Below are positions 1-7,349 of a stretch of 31,912 nucleotides of DNA, piece by piece (within the stretch, counting starts at the first letter, position 1; each line of letters starts with the position of its first letter). The notes under the pieces were generated by a model. That model saw only the letters and a list, made by a program, of their open reading frames with translations. It was not told the DNA's origin and searched no databases. Position numbers and translations under genes: made by a program. The stretch is from a virus (taxonomy: Duplodnaviria > Caudoviricetes), in the IMG/VR virus record IMGVR_UViG_3300011335_000099, positions 1 through 31,912 of that record; one strand, given 5' to 3'.

Positions 1-32
1 GCTAAAAAACATCGAACCCCCCGCCAAAACTT

Positions 33-41
33 TGATACACT
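33..41 (+). promoter_or_regulatory. Putative extended -10 promoter (TG-A-TACACT) for terS, positioned for a leaderless transcript starting at ATG 48
   Basis: TG at 33-34, TACACT at 36-41, then 6 nt to the in-frame ATG at 48; no SD upstream of either ATG. Confidence 0.5.
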
Positions 42-518
42 ATGCAAATGTTTGATAACTTTCATTCCTATGTGTATGAGCCACGCAAGCTAGAGGCTAC
101 CGAGGCTAGACTGCAACGCATCTACGATGCTGCCAAGTTAGGACTCAAAGGCGACACACTCGCACTCGCGGCTGGGATGCGCCCTACCGAATATCGACAG
201 CTCACCATGTTAGATCCCATTGCGGAGTACGCTGAACAAAAAGGCAAAGCCGATGGCGAGATGGAGTTGTCTGCGATACTGCACAAAGCCGCCGCCGATG
301 GCGACGCTAAAGCTGCGCTAGAAATCCTCAAGCATCAGCATGGCTGGGTAGCTAAACAACAACTGTCGATAGATGTTGAACAACGCATCTCGATCACAGC
401 CGCACTCGAACAAGCCGAAACGCGCGTCATCGAAGGCGTGTTCAAACAAGTGGAAAGCCAAGCTAACGATGCAGAAATGATCCACGTGAAACCTGAACGC
501 AAACAAAAAGTCGCCTAA
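42..518 (+). CDS. terS: Terminase small subunit (putative); true start may be ATG 48
   Basis: 158-aa helical ORF directly upstream of TerL; HTH-like N-terminal part and 'GDAKAALEILKHQHGW' segment typical of TerS. Confidence 0.7.
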   Translation: MQMFDNFHSYVYEPRKLEATEARLQRIYDAAKLGLKGDTLALAAGMRPTEYRQLTMLDPIAEYAEQKGKADGEMELSAILHKAAADGDAKAALEILKHQHGWVAKQQLSIDVEQRISITAALEQAETRVIEGVFKQVESQANDAEMIHVKPERKQKVA

Positions 519-536
519 ACAATACTTAACAGCTAA

Positions 537-2063
537 ATGCAATCCACCATCTACTCAGCGCAAGACGAACAAGAGTTAATGTCACGCCTGTGGAGTCCTG
601 CGATTAAGGACAACCCACTAGCGTTTGTGATGTATTGTTATCCGTGGTCGCAAAAGGGTACGCCGCTAGAGAATTTTACAGGGCCACGCAAGTGGCAACG
701 TGAAATCTTACTGGACATAGCCGAACATATTAAGCAGAACCAAGGCAAGTTGGACTTCGATGTGCTAAGAGAAGCGGTAGCGTCTGGGCGTGGAATTGGT
801 AAGTCAGCGCTAGTGTCATGGCTAGAACATTGGATGTTAACGACCAGAATAGGCGCAACCGTCATCGTGTCGGCTAACTCGGAATCGCAGCTGCGCAGCG
901 TCACCTGGGCGGAGATAACTAAGTGGCTATCCATGTCCATCAACAGTCATTGGTTCGAAGTGAGCGCAACTAGAGTGATGCCAGCCAAATGGTTGACTGA
1001 GCTAGTTGAACGGGATCTGAAAAAAGGCACACGGTATTGGGGTGTTGAAGGACGGCTGTGGTCGGCGGAGAATCCTGATGCTTACGCGGGGGTTCACAAC
1101 TACGACGGGGTAATGGTTATATTCGATGAGGCGTCGGGTATTGATGATTCTATTTGGGCGGTGACAAGCGGGTTTTTCACAGAGAACACACCCAACAGGT
1201 TTTGGATGGCGTTTAGCAACCCACGGCGGAATAGTGGATATTTCTATGAAGCGTTCCATTCCAAGCGGGAATTTTGGAAAAACCGCAACATCGACTCACG
1301 CCAAGTCGAAGGTACAGACAAGAACGTGTACGAGCAGATCATCGCTGAGTACGGCTCGGACTCGGTGCAAGCCCACGTCGAAGTGTACGGTATGTTCCCG
1401 AACGCGTCCGATGATCAGTTCATTAGCGTCAACACAGTCGAAGAAGCCATGCAACGGGAAAAGTACAAGGACAATACTGCACCCATCATCATTGGGGTTG
1501 ACCCTGCACGGTTTGGCTCGGACTCAACCGTCATCGCGGTCAGACAAGGGCGGGATGTGATAGCTATCAAACGGCACAAAGGTGACGATACCATGGAAAC
1601 AGTTGGGCGGGTGATCGAGGCTATTGAGGAATATCAGCCAGCGCTAGTCAACATCGACGAAGGTGGACTCGGAGCTGGAGTAGTGGACAGATTGAAAGAG
1701 CAACGCTATAAGATCAAAGGTGTTAACTTCGGGAACAAAGCAAAGAACAGTATGATGTATGGTAACAAACGGGCGGAGATGTGGGGCGATATGCGGGAAT
1801 GGCTCAAGTCAGCCAGCGTGCCTACGGATCGGTACTTAAAAAGTGATCTGATCTCGCCCATGATGAAGCCTGATAGCAAGGGGAGCATCTTCTTGGAATC
1901 GAAGAAAGACATGAGATCAAGAGGGCTAGCGTCACCTGACGCTGCCGACGCTATTGCATTGACTTTTGCGTTTCCTGTTGCACATCGGGAATATAAGGGT
2001 ATAATCCGAAAGAATACGTACCAGAATCAAGGTGCGGTCTCTAATTCTTGGATGGGAAGTTAG
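537..2063 (+). CDS. terL: Terminase large subunit
   Basis: Walker A ASGRGIGKS, Walker B VIFDEASG, coupling motif FSNP, RNase H-like nuclease motifs IGVDPARFGSD and SPDAADA. Confidence 0.96.
   Translation: MQSTIYSAQDEQELMSRLWSPAIKDNPLAFVMYCYPWSQKGTPLENFTGPRKWQREILLDIAEHIKQNQGKLDFDVLREAVASGRGIGKSALVSWLEHWMLTTRIGATVIVSANSESQLRSVTWAEITKWLSMSINSHWFEVSATRVMPAKWLTELVERDLKKGTRYWGVEGRLWSAENPDAYAGVHNYDGVMVIFDEASGIDDSIWAVTSGFFTENTPNRFWMAFSNPRRNSGYFYEAFHSKREFWKNRNIDSRQVEGTDKNVYEQIIAEYGSDSVQAHVEVYGMFPNASDDQFISVNTVEEAMQREKYKDNTAPIIIGVDPARFGSDSTVIAVRQGRDVIAIKRHKGDDTMETVGRVIEAIEEYQPALVNIDEGGLGAGVVDRLKEQRYKIKGVNFGNKAKNSMMYGNKRAEMWGDMREWLKSASVPTDRYLKSDLISPMMKPDSKGSIFLESKKDMRSRGLASPDAADAIALTFAFPVAHREYKGIIRKNTYQNQGAVSNSWMGS
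1978..2005 (+). promoter_or_regulatory. Putative sigma70 promoter inside the terL 3' end
   Basis: TTGCAC (1978-1983), 16-nt spacer, perfect TATAAT (2000-2005), about 60 nt upstream of ORF 2064. Confidence 0.45.
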
Positions 2064-2339
2064 ATGGCGACTAAACACAGCAAACCGATACCACGCACGA
2101 CCACGGGTAAGGGTAAGAACTATAACCCAACTGATAAGGGTGCGGGGATGACCGCCAAAGGGCGAGCCGAGTACAATGCAAAAAACAACAGTAATTTGAA
2201 AGCACCTGCACCGAATCCGAAAACAAAAGCAGATGCTGGTAGAAAAGCATCGTTTTGTGCGAGAATGTCAGGAGTTGTTAAACACGCTAAAGGCGACGCC
2301 CCTCGCGCTAAAGCATCTTTAAAGAATTGGAACTGCTAA
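2064..2339 (+). CDS. Small basic phage protein (DUF6321-like)
   Basis: 91 aa, K/R/A-rich, 'RKASFCARM' motif and C-terminal WNC; ATG abuts the terL stop. Confidence 0.75.
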   Translation: MATKHSKPIPRTTTGKGKNYNPTDKGAGMTAKGRAEYNAKNNSNLKAPAPNPKTKADAGRKASFCARMSGVVKHAKGDAPRAKASLKNWNC

Positions 2340-2494
2340 TGGCTACTAAACCTGGACTTTATGCTAATATTCACGCTAAACGTGCAAGAATAGAAGCAGG
2401 ATCTAAAGAGAAAATGCGTAAAGTTGGGGCAAAAGGTGCGCCAACTGCCAAAGATTTTAAAGATTCAGCTAAAACTGCTAAGAAAGGCAAATGA
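2339..2494 (+). CDS. Small basic protein, 51 aa (not in ORF track): MATKPGLYANIHAKRARIEAGSKEKMRKVGAKGAPTAKDFKDSAKTAKKGK
   Basis: Manual translation; TAATG overlap with the upstream stop and ATGA overlap downstream; fills the gap exactly. Confidence 0.8.
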   Translation: MATKPGLYANIHAKRARIEAGSKEKMRKVGAKGAPTAKDFKDSAKTAKKGK

Positions 2495-2646
2495 TTATGC
2501 CGTTAAAAAAATCAGCTAGTCCTAAAGCATTTCGAGAAAATGTCAAAGCCGAAATAAAAGCAGGCAAACCCGTCAAACAAGCCGTGGCGATAGCGTATGC
2601 TACCAAGCGCAGCGCAGCTAAACCAGCAGGCAAGATGAAAAAATAA
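2491..2646 (+). CDS. Small basic protein, 49-51 aa (not in ORF track): (MI)MPLKKSASPKAFRENVKAEIKAGKPVKQAVAIAYATKRSAAKPAGKMKK
   Basis: Manual translation; start at 2491 or 2497; 'MPLKK...KQAVAIA' motif recurrent in phage proteins near portal genes; TAATG overlap with the portal start. Confidence 0.8.
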   Translation: MIMPLKKSASPKAFRENVKAEIKAGKPVKQAVAIAYATKRSAAKPAGKMKK

Positions 2647-4913
2647 TGGCATACGATCAGTCAAACATGAACCTTGTTGGTGAAGTAGCCGACGTCGGTA
2701 GCAACCCAACAACCAATGAAGATCCAAAGGATAAGTTATCTACAATGCGCTCACGCTTTACAACAGCGTTGTCAGCGTATAGCGAATCCCGCGAAGATGA
2801 ATTAGATGACCTTCGATTTATGGCTGGTTCTCCAGATAATCAATGGCAATGGCCTGCTGACGTATTGGCAACTAGAGGATCTGTTCAAGGACAGACCATC
2901 AACGCTAGACCTTGCCTTACTATTAACAAACTGCCTCAACACGTCAGGCAAGTTACTAACGAACAGCGTCAAAATCGACCCTCTGGGAAGGTAATCCCTG
3001 CTGACGATAAAGGCGACGTTGAAGTTGCTGAAATCTTTGATGGCATGGTGCGTCATATTGAATACATCTCAGATGCAGATGTAGCTTATGACACGGCGTG
3101 CGACAATCAAGTCACCTACGGTGAAGGTTATATCCGTATTTTGACTGAGTATTGTAACGATACAACCTTTGATCAAGACATCCGTATTGGCAGAATTCGC
3201 AACGCTTTTAGCGTTTACATGGATCCAATGATTCAAGATCCATGCGGATCAGATGCAGAATACTGCTTTATTACTGAAGATATACTTAAAGAAGAATACG
3301 AAAGAGAGTTTCCAAACGCTGCGCCAATCTCATCCATGCTAGCGCAAGGCGTAGGTGACTCCTCACTTAGCCAATGGATAAACGAAAATACAATTCGTAT
3401 TGCTGAATATTTCTACTACAAGCATATACCGACTAAACTGAATTTGTACCCAGGCAATATGAGTCATTTTGATGGCTCACCTGAAGATAAGCAGATGAAG
3501 ATGATGGGTTTAAAGCCAATCAAGAGTCGAATAGTCGATGTTAAAAAAGTCATGTGGATGAAAACCAACGGCTACGAAGTGTTAGAAGAAAGAGAATGGG
3601 CAGGCAAATGGATCCCTGTCGTTCGGGTAGTTGGTAACGAATTTGAAGTCGATGGTCGTCTGTATGTGTCAGGTTTAGTGCGAAACGCTAAAGATGCCCA
3701 ACGGATGTATAACTATTGGGTTAGCCAAGAAGCTGAAATGTTGGCCCTAGCACCAAAAGCACCGTTTATTGGTTATGGCGGTCAGTTTGAAGGCTACGAA
3801 CAGAATTGGAAAACAGCTAACACAACCAACTGGCCTTATTTAGAAATTAACCCCGATGTAACGGACGGCGCAGGTAGCGTATTACCTTTACCACAACGCG
3901 CCCAACCACCAATGGCATCGAGTGGGCTACTGCAAGCAAAAGCAGGCGCATCCGATGACATTAAATCTACCACAGGCCAATACGATTCGAGCTTAGGTGC
4001 CACAAGCAACGAACGCTCAGGTCGGGCTATCCTGGCAAGAGAGAAACAAGGCGATACAGGTACTTATCACTATGTTGATAATCTATCCCGTGCTATTCGC
4101 CATGTGACTCGACAACTAGTCGATATGATCCCTAAAATCTATGATACCGAGCGTATTGCAAGAATTGTAGGCTTAGATGGTGAAGTCGATATGGTTAAAA
4201 TTAACCCAACGCAACCTGAAGCCGTCAAAAAAATTATTGATGAGCAGGGTATGGTTATAGAAAAAGTCTATAACCCTAGCGTTGGTACATACGATGTAGT
4301 GGTTACTACTGGCCCAAGCTACATGACTAAGCGCCAAGAGTCATTAGATGCAATGAGCCAACTGTTGCAAGGCAACCCGCAACTTTGGTCGGTAGCTGGC
4401 GATCTGTTTGTTAAGAATATGGATTGGCCTGGCGCACAAGAAATGGCAAAACGCTTTGCTAAGACAATTGATCCAAAATTAATGCAAGACGACGATAAAC
4501 CACCTGAGTTACAGGCTGCTGAACAACAGATTCAAGCGATGAGCCAAGAACTTGATCAAGTACATGGGATGCTACAAAATGTTAATAAATCAATGGAAGC
4601 TCAAGATCTCCAACGTAAAGAATTTGAAGCCACTATTAAAGCGTTTGACGCAGAAACTAAGAGACTTACTGCCGTTCAAGCGTCCATGACACCTGAACAG
4701 ATCCAAGATATTGTGATGGGTACAATTAGTGGCATGATTACTAGCGGCGATTTGGTTAATGAGATGCCTGGGCGAGAAATGCCTGAAATGAACGCGCCGA
4801 TGCCTGAACAGATGCCACCCGAAATGATGCAAGGGCAAATGCCACCTGAACAAATGGGTATGGCGCCTCCACAACAACCAATGGGATTACCACCTGAAGG
4901 GATGCAACAATGA
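2646..4913 (+). CDS. Portal protein, P22-like
   Basis: 755 aa after TerL; 'QW...RPCLTINKL', 'GLVRNAKDAQRMYNYW', 'ERSGRAILAR', coiled-coil barrel and M/P/Q-rich tail typical of P22-like portals. Confidence 0.93.
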   Translation: MAYDQSNMNLVGEVADVGSNPTTNEDPKDKLSTMRSRFTTALSAYSESREDELDDLRFMAGSPDNQWQWPADVLATRGSVQGQTINARPCLTINKLPQHVRQVTNEQRQNRPSGKVIPADDKGDVEVAEIFDGMVRHIEYISDADVAYDTACDNQVTYGEGYIRILTEYCNDTTFDQDIRIGRIRNAFSVYMDPMIQDPCGSDAEYCFITEDILKEEYEREFPNAAPISSMLAQGVGDSSLSQWINENTIRIAEYFYYKHIPTKLNLYPGNMSHFDGSPEDKQMKMMGLKPIKSRIVDVKKVMWMKTNGYEVLEEREWAGKWIPVVRVVGNEFEVDGRLYVSGLVRNAKDAQRMYNYWVSQEAEMLALAPKAPFIGYGGQFEGYEQNWKTANTTNWPYLEINPDVTDGAGSVLPLPQRAQPPMASSGLLQAKAGASDDIKSTTGQYDSSLGATSNERSGRAILAREKQGDTGTYHYVDNLSRAIRHVTRQLVDMIPKIYDTERIARIVGLDGEVDMVKINPTQPEAVKKIIDEQGMVIEKVYNPSVGTYDVVVTTGPSYMTKRQESLDAMSQLLQGNPQLWSVAGDLFVKNMDWPGAQEMAKRFAKTIDPKLMQDDDKPPELQAAEQQIQAMSQELDQVHGMLQNVNKSMEAQDLQRKEFEATIKAFDAETKRLTAVQASMTPEQIQDIVMGTISGMITSGDLVNEMPGREMPEMNAPMPEQMPPEMMQGQMPPEQMGMAPPQQPMGLPPEGMQQ

Positions 4914-5272
4914 AAGCCGCAGATTTTATCGGATTATTCTTCTTAGCCCGTGATGTAACGCATAGTGTGCATTTAAACACTAGAAGTTACGCAAAACACA
5001 AGGCTTTACAGAAATTTTATGAAAATATCATTGATTTAGCCGATACTTTTGCGGAAGCATACCAAGGGCGACACGGTTTAGTAGGGCCAATTAGCCTTAT
5101 GTCCGCCAAAAAAACATCAAATGTGGTTGAATTTTTAGAAAATCAACTTGCCGAAATTGAATCTGTGCGTTACGATGTATGCGATAAAGACGATGCACCG
5201 TTGCAGAACTTAATTGATGGTATTATCGAGTTATATTTATCAACGCTGTATAAGTTACGCTTTTTAGCATAA
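4910..5272 (+). CDS. Ferritin/Dps-like four-helix-bundle protein (DUF5856-like)
   Basis: 'HSVHLNTRSYAKHKALQKFYE...DTFAEAYQG' His/Asp/Glu spacing resembles Dps-type metal sites; ends 'TLYKLRFL'; ATGA-coupled to the portal. Confidence 0.7.
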   Translation: MKAADFIGLFFLARDVTHSVHLNTRSYAKHKALQKFYENIIDLADTFAEAYQGRHGLVGPISLMSAKKTSNVVEFLENQLAEIESVRYDVCDKDDAPLQNLIDGIIELYLSTLYKLRFLA

Positions 5273-5281
5273 GGAATAATA

Positions 5282-5584
5282 ATGGAACTTTTAAGACCGT
5301 TAGCCGATGACAATTACCCTGGTCGTACTGCGGCATATACAGGCACAGCAGGTTCTACAGCTACTTGGGGCGCAGGCCCACAAGGTGTGGTTGTATGGTC
5401 AACTACACCAGCTTACATTTTAGTAGGTGAAGGCGTTACAGCTACTACAGCTAGCACACCAATACCAGCTTTTACCCCAATCCCGTTTACAGTCCCGCCA
5501 GGCACAGGCGCCCCGTGGCGTGTAAGTGCAATTCGTGTTACTGATAGTGGCGATGTGTATTGCAAACCAATTAATATTCGATGA
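5282..5584 (+). CDS. Small beta-rich virion protein, possible head-spike base
   Basis: 100 aa, SD AAGGA upstream, T/A/G/P-rich beta-strand pattern; function inferred from size and context. Confidence 0.55.
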   Translation: MELLRPLADDNYPGRTAAYTGTAGSTATWGAGPQGVVVWSTTPAYILVGEGVTATTASTPIPAFTPIPFTVPPGTGAPWRVSAIRVTDSGDVYCKPINIR

Positions 5585-5745
5585 GTTGGGGAGTTGCCCT
5601 TCGTAATGGAGTAGCTATCGGCTTAGGTAGTGTTATTACTTTATTCTCAGGCACTCGTGATAGTGGCGGATCCGTATCAAACCTTTTAACTGAAGCCAGT
5701 AATAATCTTGTACAAGAAGATAATGGGCTTATTTTGTTGGAGTAA
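5581..5745 (+). CDS. 54-aa putative adaptor protein (not in ORF track): MSWGVALRNGVAIGLGSVITLFSGTRDSGGSVSNLLTEASNNLVQEDNGLILLE
   Basis: Manual translation; ATGA overlap with ORF 5282; stop lies 3 nt before the next ATG; the listed minus-strand ORF 5571..5762 is its shadow. Confidence 0.75.
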   Translation: MSWGVALRNGVAIGLGSVITLFSGTRDSGGSVSNLLTEASNNLVQEDNGLILLE

Positions 5746-5748
5746 TTT

Positions 5749-6246
5749 ATGACGGTTAGCATATCGTTATTTGCGGGGATCGGAGCGCAGTTTTTTACTG
5801 ATGATGGCGTGCCATTGGCAGGCGGATTAATTTACAGTTACGCAGCAGGAACAACTACACCCAAAACAACTTATACAAGCAGTTTGGGAACTGTTGCCCA
5901 TACTAACCCAATTATTTTAAATTCTGCGGGGCGAGTGCCAAGCGGTGAAATTTGGCTAACATTAGGTGGGTATAAATTTATACTAGCTACGTCTACTAAT
6001 GTGACCATAGCGACATACGACAATGTATTTTCTGTTGCAGGCGATTTTAACTTAGTTGCTAATTTTACAGGTACAGGCGCACAAACTGCTTTTAGTTTGC
6101 TTACCGCGCCTATAAGTGAAAATAGCACTCAAATTTATATTAATGGCGTGTATCAAAATAAAAATACCTACTCCTTAACAAACGCATTAATTACTTTTTC
6201 TGAAGCTCCCCCCGCAACTTCTAAAATTGAAGTAATGTATAACTAA
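5749..6246 (+). CDS. Tailspike anchor/adaptor protein (virion-binding N-terminal domain plus one small beta domain)
   Basis: 'QFFTDDGVPLAGGLIYSYAAGTTTPKTTY...NPIILNSAGR' resembles N-terminal particle-binding domains of podovirus tailspikes; C-terminal 'FTGTGAQTAF..IYINGVYQ..ITFSEAPP' domain; no receptor-binding body. Confidence 0.65.
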   Translation: MTVSISLFAGIGAQFFTDDGVPLAGGLIYSYAAGTTTPKTTYTSSLGTVAHTNPIILNSAGRVPSGEIWLTLGGYKFILATSTNVTIATYDNVFSVAGDFNLVANFTGTGAQTAFSLLTAPISENSTQIYINGVYQNKNTYSLTNALITFSEAPPATSKIEVMYN

Positions 6247-6257
6247 CAGGAAATATT

Positions 6258-7127
6258 ATGGCTGACTCAAAGATTAGTGCCTTACCCGCGTCAACAACCC
6301 CACTTGCGGGTACGGAAGTATTGCCTATTGTTCAATCTAGCACTACTAAACAAGTTTCAGTCGCTAATTTAACGGCTGGCCGTGATATAGCGGCTACAAG
6401 TCTGACAACGGCAGCGGTACAAGCAACAAATTCAGGCGGGTTAGCGCTTAAAAATTCAAGCGGTACAACGCAACTTTCTTTAGGCGCAGGCGGCGGCGAT
6501 AACATTACTCTTTCTGTAGCAACTAATATTACTCCCGCCAACGCTGCGGTAGCAATTAGCCCCACAGGTACAGGCACAGTAACTATTAATCCTGCCACGG
6601 CAAGTACAATTAATAACACTTCTATTGGCGTTACAACCCCTGCCGCAGGCAAATTTACTACTTTAAATTACAGTAATACTACGCTTGCAAATTATTTATG
6701 GACTGATTGGGCGCCCTCAGATGTAACGGGTACTACAACAAATGCACCTGGTACTGGAACGGCTGATACTAGTAATTACGTATCTTTATCTAACAGTTCT
6801 GGAACTTTAACAGTTACATTTAGCGTTGCTGGCAAATATTTAATTTCTATCATAAGTGCTACCCAACATTCGCAAACATACACATATGACAATTTATATC
6901 TAAATTTTGGTGGAACTGCCACTATTAGACAACCTACTGGAGCTGTTCCATCTAATTCTGGCGAGGCTAATTTAAGTCAAAATTTTACAATATCATCTTG
7001 CTATTATGTAAGTGCAACAGCAGCTCAAACATTAACTATTTTGCCTCAATATAGAATAGTGGGAGCAGGTACAACAGCAAATCATACGGCAGGATGCGGC
7101 GTAGCTATTCAATATTGTGGAGGTTAA
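6258..7127 (+). CDS. Fibre / receptor-binding protein
   Basis: 289 aa, T/S/G-rich; N-terminal 'MADSKISALP' motif; beta-sandwich-like C-terminus; followed by a fibre chaperone. Confidence 0.65.
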   Translation: MADSKISALPASTTPLAGTEVLPIVQSSTTKQVSVANLTAGRDIAATSLTTAAVQATNSGGLALKNSSGTTQLSLGAGGGDNITLSVATNITPANAAVAISPTGTGTVTINPATASTINNTSIGVTTPAAGKFTTLNYSNTTLANYLWTDWAPSDVTGTTTNAPGTGTADTSNYVSLSNSSGTLTVTFSVAGKYLISIISATQHSQTYTYDNLYLNFGGTATIRQPTGAVPSNSGEANLSQNFTISSCYYVSATAAQTLTILPQYRIVGAGTTANHTAGCGVAIQYCGG

Positions 7128-7128
7128 T

Positions 7129-7341
7129 ATGACAGCAGCAGAATTTGAGTTAAGAAAAATTCGTACCGCTTTATTGCGGGATAGTGATTGGACACAAGTT
7201 AATGATTCTCCATTGACTGATCAAGAAAAACAAGCCTGGGCAACTTATCGCCAAGCCTTGCGTGATCTCCCCGCAAATTCAAGCCCAGAATTTACAGACA
7301 ATGGCAATTTAATCGGATTTACTTTGCCTAACAAAGTTTAG
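7129..7341 (+). CDS. Tail fibre assembly chaperone
   Basis: 'RTALLRDSDWTQVNDSPL...WATYRQALRDLP' signature; SD GGAGG at 7119-7123 supports ATG 7129 rather than GTG 7117. Confidence 0.85.
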   Translation: MTAAEFELRKIRTALLRDSDWTQVNDSPLTDQEKQAWATYRQALRDLPANSSPEFTDNGNLIGFTLPNKV

Positions 7342-7349
7342 GAATTAAA

